The notes below the pieces were generated by a model. The model searched no databases and was not told the DNA's origin. It saw only the letters and a program-made list of their open reading frames with translations. Made by a program: the position numbers and the translations under genes. This document shows, in pieces, positions 28,774-37,739 of a DNA stretch of 64,000 nucleotides. Numbering within the stretch: the first letter of the stretch is position 1; every line of letters starts with the position of its first letter. Location of the stretch: the NCBI GenBank assembly GCA_011525845.1, contig WYBP01000015.1, forward strand, positions 46,723-110,722, given 5' to 3'. The stretch comes from Gemmatimonadaceae bacterium (GTDB lineage: Bacteria > Gemmatimonadota > Gemmatimonadetes > Gemmatimonadales > Gemmatimonadaceae).

Positions 28774-29727
28774 GTGACCACTCGCAGAGAATGGATGGGG
28801 ATGACACTCGGGGCGGGCGCCGCGCTCGCGCTCAACTCGCGCCTGCTCGAGGCGCTCACCCGGCAGGGGGCGAGCTCGATCATCACGCGCGCGATCCCCT
28901 CCACCGGCGAGCGCATCCCGGCCATCGGCCTCGGCAGCTCCGCCACCTTCTCGCAGGTCGCGCGCTCCGAGGACGTCACCGCGCTCAAGGGCGTGCTCTC
29001 CAAGATGGTCGAGCTCGGCGGCAAGGTGTTCGACACCGCGCCGAGCTATGGCGCCTCGGAGGAGGTGGCGGGGGGGATCGTGCAGGAGCTCAAGCTCACG
29101 GAGAAGGTCTTCTGGGCCACCAAGGTCAACGTCGCCCGCGGGGGCGCCGCCGACCCGGCCGCCGCACGCGCGCAGGTGGAGACCTCGTTCAAGCGCGTCG
29201 GGAAGCCGGTGATCGACCTGATCCAGGTGCACAACATGGGGGACCCGCCGACCCAGCTAGGGATCCTGCGCGAGTACAAGCAGGCGAAGAAGATCCGCTA
29301 CCTCGGGATCACGACCACGTCCGAGCGCGAATACCCGAACCTGCTCAGCGTGATGAACTCCGAGCAGCTCGACTTCATCGGCGTCGACTATGCCGTGGAC
29401 AACCGCGAGGTCGAGCAGACGATCCTCCCGGCGGCGCGCGACCGCGGCATCGCCGTGCTCGTCTACGCGCCCTTCGGCCGCACCCGGCTCTGGCGCCGCG
29501 TGGCCGACCGCCCGGTGCCCGACTACGCCAAGGAGTTCGGCGCCGCGACCTGGGCGCAGTTCTTCCTCAAGTTCGTGGTGAGCCATCCGGTGGTGACCGC
29601 CGCGACGCCCGCCACGAGCCGGCCGGAGAACATGGCCGACAACATCGGCGGGATGATGGGCGCGCTCCCCGACGAGGCGATGCGGAAGCGGATGGTGGCC
29701 ACGGTGGACGCACTGCCGCAGGCGTAG
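28774..29727 (+). CDS. Aldo/keto reductase with Tat-like signal
   Basis: TRREW N-terminus; IGLG, FDTAPSYG, TKV and DLIQVHN motifs. Confidence 0.9.
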   Translation: MTTRREWMGMTLGAGAALALNSRLLEALTRQGASSIITRAIPSTGERIPAIGLGSSATFSQVARSEDVTALKGVLSKMVELGGKVFDTAPSYGASEEVAGGIVQELKLTEKVFWATKVNVARGGAADPAAARAQVETSFKRVGKPVIDLIQVHNMGDPPTQLGILREYKQAKKIRYLGITTTSEREYPNLLSVMNSEQLDFIGVDYAVDNREVEQTILPAARDRGIAVLVYAPFGRTRLWRRVADRPVPDYAKEFGAATWAQFFLKFVVSHPVVTAATPATSRPENMADNIGGMMGALPDEAMRKRMVATVDALPQA

Positions 29728-29728
29728 C

Positions 29729-30433
29729 ATGGGACGGGCGCCGGCATCCGGACCCTCGGTCGTGATGCTCGGCGCCACCGGCGCCGTGGGGAACCACACG
29801 GCGCTCACACTCGCGGCCTCGCCCGAGGTGCGGCGGCTCACGCTGCTCGGGCGACGGCCGGCCGCGAACGTCACGGGATACTCCGTGGCACAGCAGGTCG
29901 TCGATGTCTTCGACCCCGCATCGTATGCGCCATTCCTCGCCGGGCACGACACGGCGATCTGCACCTTCGGCGTCGGGCAGCCCTCGGCCATGGGTCGAGA
30001 GGAGTTCAAGCGGATCGACCACGATGCGGTGCTGGCGTTCGGACGCGCCTGCAGGGAGGCCGGGATCCGGCATTTCGAGCTCCTCAGTTCGGTGGGCTCC
30101 AGCGCGCGTTCCCTCTCGTTCTACCTGCGCACCAAGGGCGAGCTCGAGAAGGCGCTCGGCGCACTCGGCTTCGAGCGGCTGAGCCTCTTCCGCCCGTCGA
30201 TGATCCTCACGCCGACGAACCGCTACGGGCTCTCGCAGGCGATCGTCCTCGCGACCTGGCCGCTGATGACCCCGTTCCTTCCCGGTCCGCTGCGCAAGTG
30301 GCGCGGGATCAAGGTGGAGGCGTTGGGCCGCGCGATCGCGCTCAACGTCTTCACCGCGGGAAGCGGCATCGAGGTCCTCGAGTGGCCCGATTTCCAGCGA
30401 TTGGTGCGCGCGAGGTTGCCAGCCGGTCGTTGA
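29729..30433 (+). CDS. NAD(P)H-binding TIP30/CC3-like oxidoreductase
   Basis: GATGAVG; IDHDAV; FYLRTKGELE; FRPSMI. Confidence 0.8.
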   Translation: MGRAPASGPSVVMLGATGAVGNHTALTLAASPEVRRLTLLGRRPAANVTGYSVAQQVVDVFDPASYAPFLAGHDTAICTFGVGQPSAMGREEFKRIDHDAVLAFGRACREAGIRHFELLSSVGSSARSLSFYLRTKGELEKALGALGFERLSLFRPSMILTPTNRYGLSQAIVLATWPLMTPFLPGPLRKWRGIKVEALGRAIALNVFTAGSGIEVLEWPDFQRLVRARLPAGR

Positions 30434-30448
30434 GGGCCATGTTGAGGC

Positions 30449-30973
30449 ATGCACCGGACGGTGATGCCCCTCCTGCTCCTCCTCGTGCTCGTGCCCGCCG
30501 CGCGCGCACAGGCGCCGCCTGTGGACGGCGCGGGCGAGTATGTCGCCGGGCTCGCGGCGGGACTGGTCTGGGAGCAGGACCGGGATGGTCGGCCATCGCT
30601 CGACGGACAGCGGATCGCCTTCACCGCCTTCGCCTCATCCCGCGACTCGCCCTACGGATTCGTCGGGAGCTGGTTCCTGGAGCGGAAGCGGAGCGACGTG
30701 CAGCGGATCATCGAGTTCGGCGCGGCGATCGCGTATCCCTACGTCCGTATCTCGCGGGTGGGGCTCGGCCCACGCGCGCGCCTCGCACTGCAGCACCGGG
30801 CCGAAGCGCCGAGCCAAGGCATCGACGGCGTGTTCGGGGCGGGCGTCGAGGCGGGGTTCTGGATCACGGAGCGCCTGCAGCTGTCGGCGAACGCCGATCG
30901 CGTCGTGGGCGTGCGCGTCGCACCGCGCACCACCCTCTCCGTGAACCTGCGGGCGGTCCTCTGGCACGACTGA
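30449..30973 (+). CDS. Exported hypothetical protein, beta-strand rich
   Basis: Signal LLLLVLVPAARA; amphipathic strands. Confidence 0.6.
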   Translation: MHRTVMPLLLLLVLVPAARAQAPPVDGAGEYVAGLAAGLVWEQDRDGRPSLDGQRIAFTAFASSRDSPYGFVGSWFLERKRSDVQRIIEFGAAIAYPYVRISRVGLGPRARLALQHRAEAPSQGIDGVFGAGVEAGFWITERLQLSANADRVVGVRVAPRTTLSVNLRAVLWHD

Positions 30974-31028
30974 CCGGAGGGCGGCCCGCGAGCGCAGGCG
31001 CCGAGTCACCTCCGGCTGCGCGGACTCC

Positions 31029-32108
31029 GTGAGCGACGATCCACGCTTCTTCTCGTCCGCGCGGGAGCGCGCCCTCTGGGCCTGGGCGTTCGCCGCCGTC
31101 GTGGCGATCTGGGCGAGCCTGGGTCCGGCGGCCGCGCTGGCCGGGGCGCTGCGAGAGCGGAACCTGCTCCGCCTGGCGCTCGGCGTGGTGGTGTTCTTCC
31201 TCGTGGGCGCGGTCGCCCGGCGATGGGTCACGCGGCGTCCGCGGCTCGCGGATGTCGGCGTGGCCGTGGCCGTCGCGCTCGCTTACCTGCTCGTCGGCGC
31301 CCGGATGGCGAACTGGGAGGAGCGGACGCACCTCGTCGAGTACGGCGTCGTGGCGGCCATCATCCACATGGCGCTCCTCGAGCGCGCGCGCAATGGCCGC
31401 ACCGTGCGCGGCCCCGCCGCGCTCGCGATCGGCGCGACCGCAGTGCTCGGTCTCGTCGATGAAGGCATCCAATGGATGCTTCCCGGCCGGGTGTTCGACC
31501 CGCGCGACGTGTTCTTCAACGCCTTCGCCGGGTTCATGGTGGTGGCCGCACGGCTGGCCCTCGCACCCCAGCGCCGCCCCTCGTGGCGCGTCTGGTTCCT
31601 CTGGCTGATGGCGAGCGCGCTCGGATGGAGCGAGGGCATGTACCTCGGCTGGACCGGCGGAGGCGACCCGATGATGCTGCGGTCAGTCCCGGCGGACCTC
31701 GCGGGCGGGGTGACGGGACTCGCGCTCGGCGGACTGCTCCTCTGCGTCCTGCAGTGGCTCGTGCTGCGCTCGCACCTCAGGGACGCCGGACGTTGGGTGC
31801 TGGCCGGCGTGGTCGCCATGGCCGTCTCGAGCGCGGGGATCCTCGGAGCGGGTTCCGGCATGCCGGAGGTCGCATGGTTCGCGAGCGTCTGGACGCTTGG
31901 CCTGCTGATGGGGCTGCTCCAGTGGCTCGTGCTTCGCCGGGAGATCGACGGCGCCGGATGGTGGGTCGTGGCCAGCCCGATCGCGTGGGCCGTGGGCCTG
32001 CCCCTGGGGGAGATGGTCGGCCCGCTCGGACACGGCGCCGCGTACGGCGCGATCACCGGAGCCGCACTGGTGGTGCTGCTCCGCAGAAGGCGCGAGATTC
32101 TCCCGTGA
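31029..32108 (+). CDS. VanZ-like domain fused to a multi-TM repeat domain
   Basis: HLVEYG..DEGIQ..PGRVFDPRDV..N; C-terminal half has two LQWLVLR repeats. Confidence 0.7.
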   Translation: MSDDPRFFSSARERALWAWAFAAVVAIWASLGPAAALAGALRERNLLRLALGVVVFFLVGAVARRWVTRRPRLADVGVAVAVALAYLLVGARMANWEERTHLVEYGVVAAIIHMALLERARNGRTVRGPAALAIGATAVLGLVDEGIQWMLPGRVFDPRDVFFNAFAGFMVVAARLALAPQRRPSWRVWFLWLMASALGWSEGMYLGWTGGGDPMMLRSVPADLAGGVTGLALGGLLLCVLQWLVLRSHLRDAGRWVLAGVVAMAVSSAGILGAGSGMPEVAWFASVWTLGLLMGLLQWLVLRREIDGAGWWVVASPIAWAVGLPLGEMVGPLGHGAAYGAITGAALVVLLRRRREILP

Positions 32109-32152
32109 GTGTCCGTCGTGCGCCCGCTTCCCGCGTTCCCGGAGGACGACCC

Positions 32153-33040
32153 ATGCCCAAGAAGACCGCCCACGATTTCGACCAGGAGCTCCTGATCCTG
32201 TTCGACGCCTACGTCCACGGCGGCATCGACCGCCGCACCTTCCTCGACCGCGCGGCGAAGTTCGCGGTGGGGGGCGTGACCGCCGCGATGCTGCTCGAAC
32301 AGCTGAGCCCCAACTTCCTCGAGGCCCAGGTCGTGAAGCCCGAGGACGCGCGCATCGTCCAGGAGTACATCGAGTATCCGTCGCCCAACGGCTCGGGCAC
32401 GATGCGCGGGTACTTCACGCGCCCCGCCACCACGGCGCGCGCACCCGGCGTCCTCGTGATCCACGAGAACCGTGGGCTCAACCCGCACATCGAGGACATC
32501 GCGCGCCGGATGGCGGTGGACGGGTTCGTGGCCTTCGCTCCGGACGCGCTCTTCCCGCTGGGCGGCTACCCCGGCGAGGAGGACAAGGCGCGCGAGATGT
32601 TCGGCCGGCTCGACCAGGCGAAGACGCGCGAGGACTTCATCGCGGCGGCGGGGTTCCTCAAGGCGCGCCCCGAGTGCACCGGGAAGATCGGGGCCGTCGG
32701 GTTCTGCTACGGCGGCGGGATGGTGAACTTCCTCGCCACGCGCCTCGGCACCGACCTCTCGGCCGGCGTCGCCTTCTACGGCTCGTCACCGAACCTCGAG
32801 GACGTGCCGAGGATCAAGGCGCCGCTGATGATCCAGTCGGCCGAGGTGGACGCGCGCATCAACGCGAGCTGGCCGGACTTCGAGGCGGCGCTCAAGGCCG
32901 CGAAGGTGACGTACGAGCGGCATCTCTACCCGGGGACCCAGCACGGCTTCAACAACGACACCACGCCGCGCTACGACGCGGCGGCGGCGAAGCTCGCGTG
33001 GGATCGGACGCTGGCGTTCTTTCGGACGCACGTGCGGTAG
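32153..33040 (+). CDS. yghX: YghX-like dienelactone hydrolase
   Basis: FDQELLILFDAYVHGGIDRRTFL, IHENRGLNPHIED, GFCYGG, HGFNNDTTPRYD. Confidence 0.88.
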   Translation: MPKKTAHDFDQELLILFDAYVHGGIDRRTFLDRAAKFAVGGVTAAMLLEQLSPNFLEAQVVKPEDARIVQEYIEYPSPNGSGTMRGYFTRPATTARAPGVLVIHENRGLNPHIEDIARRMAVDGFVAFAPDALFPLGGYPGEEDKAREMFGRLDQAKTREDFIAAAGFLKARPECTGKIGAVGFCYGGGMVNFLATRLGTDLSAGVAFYGSSPNLEDVPRIKAPLMIQSAEVDARINASWPDFEAALKAAKVTYERHLYPGTQHGFNNDTTPRYDAAAAKLAWDRTLAFFRTHVR

Positions 33041-33155
33041 GCAGCGCGGTTCGCGTTGCGAGCCAGATGCCGTCTGGTGACGCGCAGGCGCCACATCGCC
33101 TCGACCCACGGGCATCTGGTGCGTCGCCAAGTCATTCACTGACAATACCATAAGC

Positions 33156-33188
33156 GTAGCGGACCGTCACATTCTGACGGTCCGCTAC
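33156..33188. repeat. Perfect 14-bp inverted repeat with 5-nt loop
   Basis: GTAGCGGACCGTCA-CATTC-TGACGGTCCGCTAC. Confidence 0.9.
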
Positions 33189-33262
33189 TTGCCGTGTGTT
33201 CCGGCGAATGGCTGTAGCCGGAAGAGCCCGTGTTCGGCCCACACTCCCCGCTGAGGATACAG

Positions 33263-34105
33263 ATGATGAATGAGAGACACCGCGTACAGTCCGCCGTCCG
33301 GGCCGGTGCGTTGGCGGCCGTTGCACTGGTGATGGTGGCCTGCGCCGAGGCGCCCTCGGCACCCGAGCAGTCGCTCGTCTTCGCCAGCAGGGCTGCGACG
33401 GGCACGCTGCCGGACCCCTCGAGCCTCAATGAGCAGATCTGGGTCTGCAAGTTCGGCTCTTCGGCGACCTTCAGCGTCGCGCGTGACGGTGGTGCTGCCG
33501 CGACGCACACGCTCGCCGACGGCGAATGCAAGTCGGTGTTCGCCTGGCCGGGCGGCACGGATCCCTTCGGCGTGACGGTCACGGAGTTGGTCGAGCCGGG
33601 GCTCCGGCTGGACTCGATCGTGATCGCGAAGACGCGCGATGGCTACGAGGACGGACCGTTCACGAGCTATGGCACCCAGTCGTACCGCGCGGACATCGCG
33701 CCGGGCAAGGGCGCGGTCGTGCGGTTCTACAACACCCGCACGCCGCCCCCGCCGCCGCCCCCGACGGGCGGTCAGGGCTGCACGCCGGGGTACTGGAAGC
33801 AGTCCCAGCACTTCGACTCCTGGACCGGGTACTCGCCGAACACGCAGTTCTCGGCCGTGTTCGAGAACGCCTTCCCGGGCAAGACGCTGGTGCAGGTCCT
33901 CGGTCTTGGCGGCGGCGGACTGAACGCGCTCGGACGCCACACCGTGGCGGCACTGCTCAGCGCGTCGAGCCCCGGCGTGGACTACGGGGTCGCAACGCCG
34001 GCCGAGGTGATCGCGGCGTTCAATGCGGTCTTCCCGGGCGGCGACTACGAGACCCTGAAGAACCGGTTCGCGGCGTTCAACGAAGCGGGTTGCCCGCTGA
34101 ACTGA
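33263..34105 (+). CDS. Hypothetical lipoprotein with Pro linker and GCTPGYWK domain
   Basis: Lipobox-like VMVAC; PPPPPP linker; GCTPGYWKQ followed by a helical C-terminal domain. Confidence 0.75.
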   Translation: MMNERHRVQSAVRAGALAAVALVMVACAEAPSAPEQSLVFASRAATGTLPDPSSLNEQIWVCKFGSSATFSVARDGGAAATHTLADGECKSVFAWPGGTDPFGVTVTELVEPGLRLDSIVIAKTRDGYEDGPFTSYGTQSYRADIAPGKGAVVRFYNTRTPPPPPPPTGGQGCTPGYWKQSQHFDSWTGYSPNTQFSAVFENAFPGKTLVQVLGLGGGGLNALGRHTVAALLSASSPGVDYGVATPAEVIAAFNAVFPGGDYETLKNRFAAFNEAGCPLN

Positions 34106-34174
34106 CCGCACGTTCCTGCAGGTCCGTCGGGGCTCGGCGCGGTCGCGTCGGGCCCCGACGTCGTTGGGTCCTCG

Positions 34175-34352
34175 CGGCTATCCCGGCGAGGAGAACAAGG
34201 CGCCGCTGGTGATCCGGTCGGCCGAGGTGGACGCGCGCATCAACGCGAGCTGGCCGGACTTCGTGGCGGCGCTCAAGGCGGCGAGGGTGACGTACGAGCG
34301 GCATCTCTACCCGGGGACCCAGCACGGCTTCAACAACGGCACCACACCGCGC
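34175..34352 (+). pseudogene. Decayed, internally deleted partial duplicate of yghX
   Basis: Equals 32563-32590 joined to 32822-32971, with 9 substitutions in 178 nt. Confidence 0.85.
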
Positions 34353-34367
34353 ACTACCCCGCCCCCG

Positions 34368-35780
34368 CTACCGGCGCTCCTGTGCGCGGGCCGGGGGCGT
34401 GGCGAGGGGGCGGAGCGCCAGCTGGCCCTTCCGCGAGTAGTCCACGGACTGCTGCAGCAGCCGCGCCGCCTCCTGCGGCGCGTGGAACCCGAGCGAGTTC
34501 TCCGCCTCGACGAAGTCGACGAGGAACTGCGCCTGCCGCTGGTAGTCCTGCGCGGCGGCGAGCGCGGCGCCCGCGGGCGAGCCGGCCCGCGCCTTCTCGA
34601 GGTCCGCGATCAGCGCCATCAGGGCATCCATCGCGATGTTGCGCATGGCGTAGGTCTTCCCCTGGATGGTCTCCACGCGCTGCCGGAGCTCCCCCTCGCT
34701 CAGGCGGTGGCAGGTCTGGCAGGCGCGGTCGATCATCAGCACGGGGCTCTGCACGTGGTGGTCGCTGATCTTCTGCGCGCCCACGCGCTCGAAGGGCATG
34801 TGGCAGTCGGCGCAGGTCACCCCGCTCCGCGCGTGGATGCCCTGCGAGTACATCTCGAACTCCGGGTGCTGCGCCTTGAGGACGCTGGCGCCCGTGCGCG
34901 CGTGCTGCCAATCCTGGTGCCGGTTCTGCTGGTAGTACGCCAGGATCGCATCACCGGTGATGCCGTTCGCCCAGGGGTAGGTGAGGCGCTTCTCCGGCCC
35001 CTGGAAGTAGTACTCCACGTGGCACTGCGCGCAGACGAAGGTGCGCATCTCGCCGCGCGTGGCCTGCGTGTTCACGTCGTAGTCCCGCACGCCCTGCGAC
35101 GCCTTGTACGCGGCGATCCCCTCCATGAACGCCGGACGCGTGATGCGCAGCGCCATCGACCCCGGGTCGTGGCAGTCCACGCAGGAGACGGGGTGCGTGC
35201 CGACCTCCGCCAGCGCCTCCCGGTACGGGCGCGCGTTGAGCGCCGCGAAGCCGGCCTTCACGTCGCCGTTCCCGAGCCGGATCATCGCCGCGTAGGTCGA
35301 GGCGTGGCAGTTGATGCAGGTCCCCGGCTGCTGCGCGACCAGCTGCCGCTCGGTGTTCACCTGGTCGGTGAGCATGTAGGCGTGCCCGCGGTCCTCCCGG
35401 AAGTCCTTCGCGAAGGCGTAGCCGTCCCACATGGTCACCAGCCGCGGGTCCTCCGCGAGCCGCGACTGAGCGACGACCGCCCGGGAATCGAGGGCGGTGA
35501 CCTGACGCGGCATCGCCTCGCTGCCACCGAAGCGCGTGCGACTCATGTCGGCGGTGCGCAGGTACCGGTCGTAGTGGAGCGGGAAGTTCTTCCCCCACTC
35601 GGCCGCGTCCGTCGTCGTGTCGGTGAGCGCGACCACGCGGTAGTAGGGATCGCGCGCGTCGTCCTGCTTGCGCGTGATGTCGCGGAGGAGCGCCCCGAGC
35701 GCGAGCGCGCCGAGGGCGGACGCCACCCCGATCAGGAGGAGGGTCATCCGGGTGACGCCACGTCTCGAGGAATGCTGCAT
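34368..35780 (-). CDS. nrfA: Ammonia-forming cytochrome c nitrite reductase NrfA
   Basis: Five CxxCH motifs (CINCH, CVDCH, CAQCH, CADCH, CQTCH), CAQCHVEYYF, KAQHPEFE, ENSLGFHAP. Confidence 0.93.
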   Translation of the reverse strand: MQHSSRRGVTRMTLLLIGVASALGALALGALLRDITRKQDDARDPYYRVVALTDTTTDAAEWGKNFPLHYDRYLRTADMSRTRFGGSEAMPRQVTALDSRAVVAQSRLAEDPRLVTMWDGYAFAKDFREDRGHAYMLTDQVNTERQLVAQQPGTCINCHASTYAAMIRLGNGDVKAGFAALNARPYREALAEVGTHPVSCVDCHDPGSMALRITRPAFMEGIAAYKASQGVRDYDVNTQATRGEMRTFVCAQCHVEYYFQGPEKRLTYPWANGITGDAILAYYQQNRHQDWQHARTGASVLKAQHPEFEMYSQGIHARSGVTCADCHMPFERVGAQKISDHHVQSPVLMIDRACQTCHRLSEGELRQRVETIQGKTYAMRNIAMDALMALIADLEKARAGSPAGAALAAAQDYQRQAQFLVDFVEAENSLGFHAPQEAARLLQQSVDYSRKGQLALRPLATPPARAQERR

Positions 35781-35799
35781 CAGTCAGCCTCCGGGGAAG

Positions 35800-36291
35800 T
35801 CATCGAACCCAATGGCCCACGCTCGCATGGCAGGAGATGCAGTCGAGCGGGGGTGAGGTGGGGGTCGCGTGCGGTGCGGCGGTCGCGGGGCGCGGGAGCG
35901 TGCGTGACGGCGTGATCGCCGCGGCGAGCTCCGCATGGCAGTACAGGCACGCCTGTTGCGTGACGCGCCGGTTCCCCTCCCGGATCCGCAGCGGGTCCGG
36001 GTGTCGACCCGTGGTGAAGTTCAGGGAGTGCACGAACCCGTTCTCCGCCTTCACCAGGTACTTGTGGATGAAGTTGTCGTGCGGCGCGTGGCAATCGTTG
36101 CAGGTGGCGACCGCGCGGTGACTGGACTTCTGCCACGCCGCTGCGTGGTCGGCCATGATGTGGCAATTCGCGCAGGCCGCCGGGTCATCGGTGAGGTAGG
36201 AGTACCCGCGCGCCGCGACGAACGTGTACCCCCCGAGGCCGACCGCGAGCCCGGTGCTCACGGCAGCGGCGATCGCGAGCCATCGGAGCAT
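35800..36291 (-). CDS. nrfH: Tetraheme cytochrome c NrfH (NapC/NirT family)
   Basis: N-terminal TM; CANCH, CNDCH, CLYCH and CISCH; immediately upstream of nrfA. Confidence 0.92.
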   Translation of the reverse strand: MLRWLAIAAAVSTGLAVGLGGYTFVAARGYSYLTDDPAACANCHIMADHAAAWQKSSHRAVATCNDCHAPHDNFIHKYLVKAENGFVHSLNFTTGRHPDPLRIREGNRRVTQQACLYCHAELAAAITPSRTLPRPATAAPHATPTSPPLDCISCHASVGHWVR

Positions 36292-36419
36292 CAGGCCACG
36301 CGGGCGAAGGTCGGCGGCATCACCCTCCTGAGATACCGCGAGGTTCCGAGGTCGGCAAGTCGGCACGGGCACGACGCGCGCCTCGATGACCGGGAGGCGG
36401 TGTCGCTATCTTTAGAGGC

Positions 36420-37739
36420 ATGACCAAGAGCGCAGACCTCATCGCCCGCCGCAAGGCGGCCATCCCCGTCGGCGTCGGGATGTTCAACGACGCCACGGCC
36501 CAGGAGGCGAGTGGCGCGACCATCACGGACGTGGACGGCCGCACGCTGATCGACTTCGCCGGCGGGATCGGCGTGGTGAACGCGGGCCACTGCCCGCCCC
36601 CGGTGGTGAAGGCCATCCAGGAGCAGGCGGCGAAGTTCATCCACGTGAGCTTCAACGTGGCGAGCTACGAGCCCTACGTGGCGCTCGCCGAGAAGCTGAA
36701 CGCGCTGCTCCCGCACGGCGGGCCCACCAAGACGATGCTCGTGAGCACGGGCGCGGAGGCGGTGGAGAATGCGGTGAAGATCGCGCGCCAGGCCACCGGT
36801 CGCCCCGGCGTGCTCTGCTTCACCGACGCCTTCCACGGGCGCACCCTGATGGCGATGACGCTCACCAGCAAGGTGCAGTACAAGACCGGGTGCGGGCCCT
36901 TCGCCCCCGAGGTCTACCGCACGCAGTTCCCGAACTTCTACCGCTACGGCGCCGGTCGTTCCGAGGCGGAATTCGTGAAGGCGGAACTCCGCCGGCTCGA
37001 GGAGCTCTCGCACACGCTCGTGGCGCCGGAGAACCTCGCGGCCGTCATCATCGAGGTGGTCCAGGGCGAGGGGGGCTTCAACGTGGTGCCGGCCGCCTAC
37101 CTCAAGGGGCTGCGCGCCTTCTGCGACGCGCACGGCATCCTCCTCATCCTCGACGAGATCCAGACGGGGTTCGGGCGCACCGGCGCGTGGAGCGCATACT
37201 CGCACTTCGGCGTCACCCCCGACCTCAGCACCTGGGCCAAGAGCCTCGGCAGCGGGATGCCGATCGCGGCGGTGGTCGGCAAGGCGAAGGTGATGGACGC
37301 CGCGGGCCCGAGCAGCATCGGCGGCACCTACATCGGCAACCCGGTGAGCTGTGCCGCGGCGCTCGCGACGCTCGAGTACATGGAGGAGATCGACATCAAC
37401 GCGAAGGGGCGCCACGTGGGCGAGGTCGTGCGCAAGCGCTTCGACGCGTGGAAGCGCCAGCACCGGCAGATCGGCGACGTGCGCGGGCTGGGCGCGATGC
37501 TCGCGATCGAGTTCGTCGAGGAGGGCGACCCGCTCCGCCCCGACGCCACGACGGCCACCGCGCTGATGCAGGCCTGCTCCAGGCGCGGCCTCGTCGTGAT
37601 CACCGCGGGCACCGAGAAGAACATCATCCGCGTCCTCGGACCCCTCGTGATCGACGACGCGACGCTCGCCAAGGGCCTCGACATCATGGAGAAGGAGCTG
37701 GCGCGCATCTGCGGGACCCCCGTGAAGAAGAGCGCATGA
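36420..37739 (+). CDS. gabT: Class III aminotransferase, 4-aminobutyrate aminotransferase-like
   Basis: IDFAGGIGV, STGAEAVENAVKIAR, DEIQTGFGRTG, AKSLGSGMP. Confidence 0.88.
   Translation: MTKSADLIARRKAAIPVGVGMFNDATAQEASGATITDVDGRTLIDFAGGIGVVNAGHCPPPVVKAIQEQAAKFIHVSFNVASYEPYVALAEKLNALLPHGGPTKTMLVSTGAEAVENAVKIARQATGRPGVLCFTDAFHGRTLMAMTLTSKVQYKTGCGPFAPEVYRTQFPNFYRYGAGRSEAEFVKAELRRLEELSHTLVAPENLAAVIIEVVQGEGGFNVVPAAYLKGLRAFCDAHGILLILDEIQTGFGRTGAWSAYSHFGVTPDLSTWAKSLGSGMPIAAVVGKAKVMDAAGPSSIGGTYIGNPVSCAAALATLEYMEEIDINAKGRHVGEVVRKRFDAWKRQHRQIGDVRGLGAMLAIEFVEEGDPLRPDATTATALMQACSRRGLVVITAGTEKNIIRVLGPLVIDDATLAKGLDIMEKELARICGTPVKKSA

Noticed and set aside
33040-34352. Interval as an IS or integrative element with att sites
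   Set aside because: No transposase or integrase and no paired terminal inverted repeats; the repeat is a degraded gene fragment, reported as a duplication instead.
34164-35915. 583-aa ORF starting with yghX-like residues
   Set aside because: The yghX pseudogene fragment reads through into the antisense strand of nrfA; not a plausible fusion gene.
36292-36419. FNR/CRP-type anaerobic box upstream of nrfH
   Set aside because: No TTGAT-N4-ATCAA-like palindrome could be found by eye.
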